Below, piece by piece: positions 8,932 to 17,761 of a DNA stretch of 64,000 bases. Origin of the DNA: an uncultured Anaerolineales bacterium (lineage in GTDB: Bacteria > Chloroflexota > Anaerolineae > Anaerolineales > UBA11858). The first letter of the stretch is position 1, and each line of letters begins with the position of its first letter. Below the pieces are notes generated by a model that worked only from the letters and a program-made list of their open reading frames with translations, was not told where the DNA came from and did no database searches. Position numbers and translations under genes: made by a program. The DNA is taken from the NCBI GenBank assembly GCA_964582965.1, contig CAZOUN010000005.1, forward strand, positions 1,376 through 65,375, read 5' to 3'.

Positions 8932-9624
8932 CTACTCATTCATAAATTCTACATATAGATCAATCGCGCATGGTTCTTTTTGTACACCCTGATTATCAAT
9001 CACTACCAGGCGCAGGGAATAGTTTCCGGGTTCCAACTGGGTAGTATCCCAGAAACCTAACATATCGTCGCTTTTCGGAGTATCACCTGCCTGGATCGTT
9101 AGCCAGGTATTGGTATTGGGAGATGAGATCTCAAATTTATAAAAACCGAAATTCGGGATATTCACAGTGCCTTCGATTTCTATGATCCCGCTCACAGTGG
9201 TGTTGTTTTCTGGATATGTGATCATCAATTCGTCGGGGACGCATCCTGCCAAGACTATTGCTGTCCCAGGTAATGTCGTTTCCTGAACCACCGGAACATC
9301 GGTTTCATCCACAGGTGCTATGGTCGTGGTTGGTGAAGCCAATAAATCCAGCGTTGCCGTTGGTAAAGGATTAACATTGGGTATAGAGGGGATTATAAAA
9401 GAGACCAATCCAAACTCCGCGGTTCCCAGGAAAAGCAGAACAACCAGAAGTGCAGCGGAGCGATTCAATCGCATCTGGGCGCTCTCCTTTTCCAAACCGA
9501 AGGCCGCTGCCCTCAGCTCTTCCCAAGCCAGGTAGAACTTCCTGATATGCCAGACAGTGAATCCGCCAATGAAAATATAGATCAGGTATTCATATTCTTT
9601 GAGGTACTGTAATAACTCGTTCAT
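8932..9624 (-). CDS. Membrane protein with a C-terminal Ig-like beta-sandwich domain (hypothetical)
   Basis: Two N-terminal hydrophobic helices. The C-terminal ~110 aa (ITYPENNTTVSGIIEIEGTV ... YSLRLVVIDNQG) looks like a bacterial Ig-like/FlgD-Ig-like fold. Confidence 0.55.
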   Translation of the reverse strand: MNELLQYLKEYEYLIYIFIGGFTVWHIRKFYLAWEELRAAAFGLEKESAQMRLNRSAALLVVLLFLGTAEFGLVSFIIPSIPNVNPLPTATLDLLASPTTTIAPVDETDVPVVQETTLPGTAIVLAGCVPDELMITYPENNTTVSGIIEIEGTVNIPNFGFYKFEISSPNTNTWLTIQAGDTPKSDDMLGFWDTTQLEPGNYSLRLVVIDNQGVQKEPCAIDLYVEFMNE

Positions 9625-9697
9625 TGATGTATGGTGTTTTTACAGAGGAGACCAAATTCTCCACAATTGAAAATCATAATTAGGTTTAGAAAGGATA

Positions 9698-10534
9698 TTA
9701 TATAACTCTCAGAACACCCCGGATCAAGTCCATCATCTTGGGGGCTAGGATCAAACCTGTTTCGATCACCTCTTCATGAGTAGTTTCTGCTTCCCCATAA
9801 AGATTGGAACTATTTGTTATGCCAGAAATCCCCAAAACCCGTTGGCCGCCATGAATGGCAACAATTACTTCCGGCACAGTGGACATTCCCACTGCGTCCA
9901 CTCCTGCGCCGGCTAAAAATCGCAAATCGGCCGGTGTTTCAAAGGTAGGGCCAGACAAACATACATAAACACCTTCATAAAGAGTAAGTCCCTGTTCTTT
10001 GGCAACCCCGCGGGTGATTTTGATCAATTCCCGGTCATAAGGTTGGCTCATATCCGGAAATCGAGTGCCGAACTCATCCAGATTAGGTCCCCGAAGAGGA
10101 TTTACACCTGCCATGCCAAGGAAATTCAAGTGATCAGTGATCAGCATCGGGTTCCCGGGAACAAAATCCTGGTTTATCCCCCCGGCCGCATTGGTAACAA
10201 TTAAGGTCTTGATACCCAGTCGCTGCATAACCCGGATAGGCAGAGTCACCTGACTCATTTCATATCCTTCGTAGTAATGGATCCGGCCATTCATCACCAG
10301 CACATCTTGTCCTTCCAGGTTGCCGATAACCAGTTCTCCCGCATGACCTTCTACCGTGGAGATCGGCCAGCCAGTAAGATCGTGATAAGGGATGATAATG
10401 GGGTCCTCAATAGATTCCGATAACGGCCCCAGGCCAGAGCCCAGGATCAGGCCAATTTCTGGCTGAATTGATATCCTGGATCGAATTTCATCCGCAATTC
10501 GGTCCATATCCTCGATTGTATATTTGGTCTTCAT
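9698..10534 (-). CDS. punA: Purine nucleoside phosphorylase (trimeric PNP / PunA type)
   Basis: GLILGSGLG phosphate loop, HAGELVIG, VTNAAGG and VGMSTVPEV blocks are characteristic of PNP family 2. Confidence 0.9.
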   Translation of the reverse strand: MKTKYTIEDMDRIADEIRSRISIQPEIGLILGSGLGPLSESIEDPIIIPYHDLTGWPISTVEGHAGELVIGNLEGQDVLVMNGRIHYYEGYEMSQVTLPIRVMQRLGIKTLIVTNAAGGINQDFVPGNPMLITDHLNFLGMAGVNPLRGPNLDEFGTRFPDMSQPYDRELIKITRGVAKEQGLTLYEGVYVCLSGPTFETPADLRFLAGAGVDAVGMSTVPEVIVAIHGGQRVLGISGITNSSNLYGEAETTHEEVIETGLILAPKMMDLIRGVLRVI

Positions 10535-10627
10535 TATTGTTTATATCCTTGAATAAACTATTCAAAAAGAACGTTTTTATTATAACATCTGGCAATTGAC
10601 GCCTTTCTGATAGCGGTTTTTAATCAT

Positions 10628-11659
10628 TCAGACAAAGATTTCCTTGAATCCAGCGATCACATCTTCTATGTCCTCATCTGTGATCCATAAATGAGTGACC
10701 AGCCTGATCTGCCGTTCTCCCTCAATTCCACCCAATATTCCCTGTTCTTTTAATTTGGCTTTCAATTGGACTGCGTCAAATGGAACCTCGGGTTCCAGAT
10801 TCAAATAAACCATATTAGAGGGTGGAATTTTGTCCATCAAGCTGATACCTTTAACTTCCACCAATCCCCTGGCAAGCAACCGCACGCGTCTTTGGTCTTC
10901 TTTTAGCTGGGATATATTATTCTTCAGAGCATAGAAGCCTGCTGCTGCCACCAGACCAGCCTGGCGCATACCTCCGCCAAGCATCTTGCGAATCCTTCTG
11001 GCTTTTATTATGAATTCTGTATCGCCACATAAGATCGATCCAACCGGCGCGCCCAGGCCTTTGCTAAGGCAGAACATTACCGAATCTGCCGGCTGAACTA
11101 AATCTGCAGGATCCACATCCAGGGCTGCAGCAGCATTAAAAATCCTTGCTCCATCCAGGTGAAGTTTCAGTTGATGGTCCCTGGCGATCCCCCCTACAGC
11201 TTTGGTGTATTCCGCTGTAAGGGCTACCCCACCGCACATGTTGTGGGTATTTTCCAGGCAGATCAAGCGTGTCCTGGGATGATGGATATCATCGTAGCGT
11301 ATAGCGTTTTTAATATCTTCAAAATTCAATGTGCCATCCTTCTGATTAGGGATTGTATGAGAATGAATCCCTCCCAGAGCTGCTGCACCACCGGCTTCAT
11401 TCAGGAAGATATGGGCTTTATTTCCAAGAATGATCTCGCTGCCGCGCTCACAATGGGTCAGAACAGCAGCCAGATTGCCCATCGTTCCAGAAGGGACAAA
11501 AAGGGCAGCTTCCTTACCCAGTAGTTTGGCTGATTCAGCTTCAAGCTGATTAACTGAGGGGTCTTCTCCGTAAACATCATCCCCCACTTCGGCTTTGGCG
11601 ATCACTTCCCGCATTTCTGGTGATGGCAATGTAACTGTGTCAGAACGAAGGTCGATCAT
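10628..11659 (-). CDS. ltaE: Low-specificity L-threonine aldolase (PLP-dependent)
   Basis: N-terminus MIDLRSDTVTLPSPEMREV ... GDDVYGEDPSVNQLE and the FCLSKGLGAPVGS lysine block are typical of LtaE/GLY1. Confidence 0.9.
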   Translation of the reverse strand: MIDLRSDTVTLPSPEMREVIAKAEVGDDVYGEDPSVNQLEAESAKLLGKEAALFVPSGTMGNLAAVLTHCERGSEIILGNKAHIFLNEAGGAAALGGIHSHTIPNQKDGTLNFEDIKNAIRYDDIHHPRTRLICLENTHNMCGGVALTAEYTKAVGGIARDHQLKLHLDGARIFNAAAALDVDPADLVQPADSVMFCLSKGLGAPVGSILCGDTEFIIKARRIRKMLGGGMRQAGLVAAAGFYALKNNISQLKEDQRRVRLLARGLVEVKGISLMDKIPPSNMVYLNLEPEVPFDAVQLKAKLKEQGILGGIEGERQIRLVTHLWITDEDIEDVIAGFKEIFV

Positions 11660-11675
11660 TATTCTATACTCCTGG

Positions 11676-12599
11676 CTAATCTTCTGTAAATTGATTAAGT
11701 ATGCCTTTCAGGTCCGCTGCCAGGGGAGCTTCAAAACAGTGTTTATCTTCTTCTCCCGGGATCACGATAGACAACCGGAAAGCATGCAAAAATTGGCGTT
11801 CAACCGGAATTGAGGGGTTTTTTCTACCGTAAACAGTATCACCTACTACTGGGCAGCCCAGAAAACTTAAATGGACCCGGATCTGGTGCGTTCGCCCAGT
11901 CATGATCTTTACGCTTAGATAAGTATGTTTAGGATATTCCCCCAGGGTGAAATATTCACTGATGGCTTCCCTGCCATCCCTTTCCAGGGCCGGGGCCATC
12001 CGCTGGCGGTATTTTGAATCCCGGCCAATGGCTACTTCTACCCGTCCGTTAGGAGTTGGAGGGCGTCCATCCACCAATGCCAGGTACTCTTTATCAACCT
12101 GCCTCTCCCGAAATTGGTCCTGAAGGAATTGATGGGCCCGATCATTTTTTGCTAATAAGATAACTCCCGAGGTATCCTGGTCCAGGCGGTGCACCAACCC
12201 GGGGCGCTTCACACCTCCGACACCTTCAACTTCCGGGGCGTAACCCAATACTGCTTGCACCAGGGTGCCAGTAGGGTGTCCCAGGGCTGGATGAACCACC
12301 ATGCCAGCCGGTTTGTTCACAGCGATCAGATCATCATTTTCGAAAATGATATCCAGGGGGATATCTTCTCCTTGCATTTCTGTCTCTTCTGCTTCGGGAA
12401 TGATGACTACGATCTCCGTTCCTGGACTGACCCGTTCAGCTTTTTTATATACTGGGAATCCATCAATTGAAACTCCCCCTGCGGTAATGATCTTTTGGAT
12501 GTAGGAACGGGAATGTCCTTCCAGTTCATCGGCCAAAAATTTATCGAGTCGGAGTTCTTTATCAGACAGGTTCTGAAAAATCATCGGATCTTGTTTCAT
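11676..12599 (-). CDS. rluD: RluA/RluD-family 23S rRNA pseudouridine synthase
   Basis: S4 domain (RLDKFLA), catalytic HRLDQDTSGVILLAKN, and the GRTHQIRVHL motif. ATG 12599 is preferred over the ORF maximum at 12650. It overlaps the lspA 3' end by 38 nt. Confidence 0.9.
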   Translation of the reverse strand: MKQDPMIFQNLSDKELRLDKFLADELEGHSRSYIQKIITAGGVSIDGFPVYKKAERVSPGTEIVVIIPEAEETEMQGEDIPLDIIFENDDLIAVNKPAGMVVHPALGHPTGTLVQAVLGYAPEVEGVGGVKRPGLVHRLDQDTSGVILLAKNDRAHQFLQDQFRERQVDKEYLALVDGRPPTPNGRVEVAIGRDSKYRQRMAPALERDGREAISEYFTLGEYPKHTYLSVKIMTGRTHQIRVHLSFLGCPVVGDTVYGRKNPSIPVERQFLHAFRLSIVIPGEEDKHCFEAPLAADLKGILNQFTED

Positions 12600-13074
12600 C
12601 TTGAGATTTTCTCTCCTCGATCCACATCCCCACAAGCAAAACAACCACACCCATGGTAATGCAGGAATCGGCTACATTAAATACAGGAAATCTTCCTACT
12701 GAGATAAAATCTGTCACAAAACCTCGATAAAGGCGGTCGATCAGATTACCAGCCGCACCGGCCATCTGCAGAGATAAAGCGAGGCGGAAGAAGAAATCAC
12801 CTTCCGGGATCATAGGAAAATAGATTACGATTAAAGTGATGATAACAAAAGCCAGGACCACAAAAACGCCGTTCATGCCCTGGAATATGCCAAACGCCGC
12901 ACCGGTATTGTGCCAATTGACCAGCCTGGCATAGGGGGCCAGCCATTCCCATGGCATCCACAGCTCATTTAATGCTAGATTATTCCTGATCCAGGTCTTT
13001 GTCAGCTGGTCGAGAGCAACTAGGAAAATAACAATAGGCAGTAAAAAAGCATAGGCTTTGAGATATTTTTTCAA
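12562..13074 (-). CDS. lspA: Lipoprotein signal peptidase II
   Basis: NTGAAFG and FNVADS catalytic aspartate blocks, four TM segments, TTG start with a GGGAGG SD. Confidence 0.9.
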   Translation of the reverse strand: MKKYLKAYAFLLPIVIFLVALDQLTKTWIRNNLALNELWMPWEWLAPYARLVNWHNTGAAFGIFQGMNGVFVVLAFVIITLIVIYFPMIPEGDFFFRLALSLQMAGAAGNLIDRLYRGFVTDFISVGRFPVFNVADSCITMGVVVLLVGMWIEERKSQDETRSDDFSEPV

Positions 13075-13253
13075 TAGTTCCTCCCCAAAAGGTTAATTAT
13101 CCCATTTTACCGTACAAATCGAGCAGAACTCAATCCCGGCTGAATAAATCTTCTTTTTTTTGCCAAGGCCAGGGTATCAAGTTATTGAATATGCGGATTA
13201 TCCCATGAGATGAGGTTAAAATACATGCTATAATTTTCGAAAGAAATTAAAAA

Positions 13254-13757
13254 ATGAACCAACTAGTGCTTGTTCTCAACGGCAATTACGCACCGATTAA
13301 CGTCTGCTCCACACGCCGGGCGATGTGCTTGATTCTGGTTGGCAAAGCCAATATGATCATGGACGGCCGCGGAGTAGTACGAACCGTGTCCAGGACCTAC
13401 CCAAAACCATCCATTATCCGCCTCCATACCGTTATAAAACGGCCCCGACCCAGTGTAAAACTCTCCAAACAGGAAATTTTCCGGCGAGATCAATTCAAGT
13501 GTCAGTATTGCGGACAAGGTTCCCGAGAATTGACAGTGGATCATATCCTGCCCCAACACCTGGGCGGCGAATCCACCTGGACTAATCTTGTCACAGCTTG
13601 TGCAGCCTGCAATCATAAAAAGGGCGGTCTCACCCTGAAACAGTCCGGATTAAAATTGCGCAAAAAACCGAAACAACCACCGGGGTCCGCGATCTATCTA
13701 TTCAAAAAATACATCAATATTTATCAGGATTGGGAAACTTACGTTGAGGGGTGGTAG
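13254..13757 (+). CDS. HNH endonuclease (stand-alone, McrA-like)
   Basis: CQYCG ... DHILPQHLGG ... NLVTACAACNHKKG is an HNH/Zn-finger nuclease core. Confidence 0.85.
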   Translation: MNQLVLVLNGNYAPINVCSTRRAMCLILVGKANMIMDGRGVVRTVSRTYPKPSIIRLHTVIKRPRPSVKLSKQEIFRRDQFKCQYCGQGSRELTVDHILPQHLGGESTWTNLVTACAACNHKKGGLTLKQSGLKLRKKPKQPPGSAIYLFKKYINIYQDWETYVEGW

Positions 13758-13761
13758 GGTC

Positions 13762-14529
13762 CTACTCCCCCTTAAACTCGATCTCCATAAAATCTTCCGC
13801 CAGGAAAACATCCCCGGGAAAGGTTTTTTTTGCGTCGCCGAGTGTTGATTCAGGACTGATCACCTCTGCAGAAGGATAGTGGATCAAGTAAAGTGCCTTC
13901 ACTCCGGCCTGTGATGCGATCTCTCCTGCCTGCGACGCGGTGGAATGGTGAAAGGTAGTCCCGGCAGCTTCATGGATCAACACATCTGCATCAGCCGCCA
14001 ATCTTACTGTTTCAGGAACCGGAATTGTATCCGCAGAGTAGGCAGCTACAAACTTACCACCCATGTATTCAATCCGTATCCCTAAAGTGGGGATCATATG
14101 TTGAACAGGGGAGCTGAGGATCTTGAATTCCTGGTTGTCGAGCACCACTGTCAGCTCATCCTGCGACAAGGTATGAAAATATACCGGATAGATGCCAGTC
14201 CAATCCTGCCAGCCAAACAGATCCATCATCTTTTTAGCCCGGGTAATGGCATGTTCACAACCATGAATATGGAATTCCTTTTCTCTGCCCAGGATCCACA
14301 TATCCATGATCAAAGTAGCAAGTCCTGATACATGGTCAGGATGAAAATGGGTGATGATCAGGTCACTGAGATCTTTATAGTCAATCCCGGCGTCCTTCAA
14401 GCGCATAACAGGACGGGAACTACAGTCCACCAGGATAGAGGATTCCTCTCCCTTGAGAACCAGGAAGGAATTTTCGTGGTCTTGATAGGCCACTGCGCTT
14501 GCAGTGCCCAGGAATATCAATTTCGCCAT
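13762..14529 (-). CDS. MBL-fold metallo-hydrolase
   Basis: ITHFHPDHVSG (the H-x-H-x-D-H motif), with downstream His/Asp ligands (HEAAG, HST). Confidence 0.8.
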   Translation of the reverse strand: MAKLIFLGTASAVAYQDHENSFLVLKGEESSILVDCSSRPVMRLKDAGIDYKDLSDLIITHFHPDHVSGLATLIMDMWILGREKEFHIHGCEHAITRAKKMMDLFGWQDWTGIYPVYFHTLSQDELTVVLDNQEFKILSSPVQHMIPTLGIRIEYMGGKFVAAYSADTIPVPETVRLAADADVLIHEAAGTTFHHSTASQAGEIASQAGVKALYLIHYPSAEVISPESTLGDAKKTFPGDVFLAEDFMEIEFKGE

Positions 14530-14544
14530 AAAGATATCTCTCCC

Positions 14545-15975
14545 TTACCCGCCAAAGAGCGCCAGGGCAATCCGTGGTGTGATGTATACCTCCAAGAAAG
14601 CTGCCACAACAAGCAATGGAATGACCAGGAACACCATCAACCTAGACCAATCAGCTAATGTCCTGATCCAGGCTTCGCCGATAGTGAAATTCTTATTTGG
14701 AGTCACAAGTGTTAATCCCAAGCGAATGATCAATGCTCCTGTCAAAAGAATAGCGGGGATCTCAAAGATTCCATGAGGTAATATAAAACCCGCCAGGAAT
14801 AAGCCTGGTGACATGCCAGTCTGTCCCACTATGGCTGAAAAATAACCGACGATGCTAAATGGGAGGATCAATGCGATAATGCCCAAAACACCAAAGGAGA
14901 ATATTCCCAACAAACTGTCCAGAGCAATAGCCCTCAAGTTATGTAGAAAGATAAACCCCACTCCCTGAACAGAGAAAAACCGGATCGGGCCAAATTCTTC
15001 GATCCCAGTTACTAATCCATCTTCCAGGTTTCCCCAATCAAGCAGCCCTGCCGGAATAGGAAAGACATCCGCCTGAGAGATACCCACAAATACCGCTCCC
15101 AGGGTTATTAGTAGAACCAGGACCAGGGCCCATTTAAGTTCTTTAAGAATGCCCCAGACATTCACCCGCCACCACTGCCAGGGAGAGCCTTTTTCTCCCC
15201 GGAATGCATCGCGAAAAACCTGCCAGGCCCATTTCAAATTTAAAGAATCCAATTCCTTACCCAATAATTCTTCCCGGTTAAAATGGGCGATACCAGTCCG
15301 AATCAACAGCCAGGCAATAATAGCCTGACCGAAGATCGCCCACCATAAGACCTCATATTTGGCCCAGAACATGATCATGCTTTCCCCAACCAGGAGCAGG
15401 GCCATTGGAATGATAATAAAAGAAGCCAGCAAATTTGCTGCTCTTACTGATGTAGTTTGGGATGAAACCACCACAGCGCCGCTGACCATTACCAGGGATT
15501 GCACGACTGCCAAGCCAATCACCTGGATCAATAATGTGATATCGGGTGCCCAACCAACCTGGCGGTAGACACCGATCAGGTATACAGCAATACCCAGAAA
15601 ACTGCCAATTATAGGCGGGAACATTACTGCCATTAACTTACCGAGATAAAGCTGAACATCTGTCAGCGGGCTGCTGAGCAAGGGTTCAATACTCCGTCTT
15701 TCTTTCTCGCCAACAAAGCTCTCCAGAGCTATCACCAGGGAAACCGAGATCGGGAAAAACCCCACAACCATCAATAAAAAGGGGATCAAGCGGTCGGCGA
15801 TAATGGGAGCGCCATACTTACCCACGAAATCGACTGCCTGCTGGGCTGTGAAATTCATCAAGCCCGGGAAGAAGACCGTCAGGATAATGATCGGGGCAAT
15901 TATGCGCCAATCGCGGAACTGGTCCCGCACTTCTCGGCGGGTGATTATCATGGCTTTCCGTAAATCAGTCCACAT
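14545..15975 (-). CDS. ABC-2-type permease fused to a SpoIIM-like (stage II sporulation protein M family) membrane domain
   Basis: ATG 15975 (MWTDLRKAMIITRREV) overlaps the ATPase stop by 11 nt. The N-terminal half is six ABC-2-like TM helices. The C-terminal half carries ILPHGIFEIPAILLTGA, typical of SpoIIM/PF01944. Confidence 0.75.
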   Translation of the reverse strand: MWTDLRKAMIITRREVRDQFRDWRIIAPIIILTVFFPGLMNFTAQQAVDFVGKYGAPIIADRLIPFLLMVVGFFPISVSLVIALESFVGEKERRSIEPLLSSPLTDVQLYLGKLMAVMFPPIIGSFLGIAVYLIGVYRQVGWAPDITLLIQVIGLAVVQSLVMVSGAVVVSSQTTSVRAANLLASFIIIPMALLLVGESMIMFWAKYEVLWWAIFGQAIIAWLLIRTGIAHFNREELLGKELDSLNLKWAWQVFRDAFRGEKGSPWQWWRVNVWGILKELKWALVLVLLITLGAVFVGISQADVFPIPAGLLDWGNLEDGLVTGIEEFGPIRFFSVQGVGFIFLHNLRAIALDSLLGIFSFGVLGIIALILPFSIVGYFSAIVGQTGMSPGLFLAGFILPHGIFEIPAILLTGALIIRLGLTLVTPNKNFTIGEAWIRTLADWSRLMVFLVIPLLVVAAFLEVYITPRIALALFGG

Positions 15976-16906
15976 CTCCCCCTCCCATTTTTGTGGTCTG
16001 GTTGACTGCCTGCAGGTAAACTGATTCCAGGCTGCGTTGGATTTCTTCCAGTTTGACCACGGCGTAGCCGGTCGCAACCATATTCTGAACTAATAACGGA
16101 TTGGTTTGCTGAGCATTCTCTACTCTGTAAGAAAACCAATCCTTTCCTTTTTTTGTAATCTCCACTTCTGATGGCAAAGGTAATGTTCGGCCATCCAGAT
16201 CTTCTGCCATCTGGATCCGGTATTCACCCGGGCCCAGGAGCTGCTCCTTTAATTCTGAGGCTGTACCATGAGCGATGATCTGACCAGTGCGGATAATTGC
16301 AATAGAATCTGCCAAATCTTCTGCTTCTACCAGATTGTGAGTACAAACAATGATGGCCCGGTCTTCCGAGCGAAGGGTTTTAATCGCATTTCTCACCAAC
16401 CGGGCGCTGGCAGGATCCATGGCTGATGTGGGTTCATCCAATAATAATACGGGGGGGGTGTGTAATAAAGATCTAGCCAGGGATAGTTTTTGGCGCATAC
16501 CTTTAGAAAATTTTCCGATGCGGCGATCTCTAGCATCCAGTAGGTCGAATTTATCCAGCAAATGCAGAATTCGATCCTCTCTCTGTCCATCTGGCATATC
16601 ATAGATCTTGCCAAAAAAATCAAGGTATTCCACCATGTGCATCCGGTCATACAATCCGTGGTCCTCCGTTAACACACCCACAGATCCCCTCACTTTTTCC
16701 GGATCTTCCGACACATCAAAACCTGCCACACGGGCTTTCCCACTGCTGGGCCGTAATACCGTGGTTAACATGCGCACCGTCGTGGTTTTACCCGCGCCAT
16801 TGGGACCCAGCAAAGCCAGGACTTTACCAGCCTCTACGTGCAGACTGACACCATCAACGGCGCAGAAATCCTTGAAATATTTAGTTAGATTTTCGGTTAG
16901 GATCAT
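15965..16906 (-). CDS. ABC transporter ATP-binding protein
   Basis: Walker A GPNGAGKTT, signature FSKGMRQKL, Walker B LLLDEPTSAMD. Its start makes an ATGA overlap with the lgt stop. Confidence 0.9.
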   Translation of the reverse strand: MILTENLTKYFKDFCAVDGVSLHVEAGKVLALLGPNGAGKTTTVRMLTTVLRPSSGKARVAGFDVSEDPEKVRGSVGVLTEDHGLYDRMHMVEYLDFFGKIYDMPDGQREDRILHLLDKFDLLDARDRRIGKFSKGMRQKLSLARSLLHTPPVLLLDEPTSAMDPASARLVRNAIKTLRSEDRAIIVCTHNLVEAEDLADSIAIIRTGQIIAHGTASELKEQLLGPGEYRIQMAEDLDGRTLPLPSEVEITKKGKDWFSYRVENAQQTNPLLVQNMVATGYAVVKLEEIQRSLESVYLQAVNQTTKMGGGDVD

Positions 16907-17715
16907 ACCTGTTCATCTACTCCAGATATCGTTATCTGGCGATTATAAAACAGAATACTGGCGGTGATAACCACTACCAACATTGCAGTTTGGTTAAGAT
17001 TGATCCCTTGCCAGCTGGAAACATCAAGGCGCAGGAATTCAAGTCCAATCCTACCCACACCATAAAAAATTATGTAAATCAGGAAAAGGCTGCCAGATCT
17101 AAGCTGTTCCTTATACTTCCTACCAATCCAGAGGATGAATAACATATTCAGAAAACTCCAGATAGCTTCATATAAAAATAAAGGGTGATAGGTCGCAAAC
17201 TCAGTATAACCGGGCATCCTATGCTGGAGGTCGATGGGTATTGCCCAGGGTAAGTCACTTGGCAAGCCATAAACTTCCTGATTGATGAAGTTACCCCAAC
17301 GGCCAATCGATTGGGCTAACGCTAGTCCCGGGGAAATGATGTCCAGCCAATCATTTAATGGGGCTTCCCTCTTCCTGGCGAAAATCCAGAGAGCCACCCC
17401 CCCTCCTGCCATTGCACCAATGATCCCTATTCCACCTTTCCAGATAGCAATGGCTTCGAGCAAATGGGTCAGATAATAGCGGGTGGTAATGCCATGTTCT
17501 ACCATTGACTGCGGAGGAGAAAGTATATGCCAGATGCGGGCACCCAGAATAGCTCCCACAAAGACCCAGGGCAGAGCATCAATCAGGAAATCCATCGATT
17601 TCCCTCGCTTAACCGCGCGCCTCCAGGTCAAAATCAATCCCAATAACATCCCTAACAGAATCAGTAAGGCGTAATAATGGATGGTAAATGATCCCAGTTT
17701 AAAACCAGTTGTCAT
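16903..17715 (-). CDS. lgt: Prolipoprotein diacylglyceryl transferase
   Basis: GARIWHI, the GRWGNFINQE signature and a polytopic membrane profile. Confidence 0.9.
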   Translation of the reverse strand: MTTGFKLGSFTIHYYALLILLGMLLGLILTWRRAVKRGKSMDFLIDALPWVFVGAILGARIWHILSPPQSMVEHGITTRYYLTHLLEAIAIWKGGIGIIGAMAGGGVALWIFARKREAPLNDWLDIISPGLALAQSIGRWGNFINQEVYGLPSDLPWAIPIDLQHRMPGYTEFATYHPLFLYEAIWSFLNMLFILWIGRKYKEQLRSGSLFLIYIIFYGVGRIGLEFLRLDVSSWQGINLNQTAMLVVVITASILFYNRQITISGVDEQV

Positions 17716-17761
17716 TGTTATACCTCAAAGAAGAGAATGAGTTTAAACAGATATTCACCGA

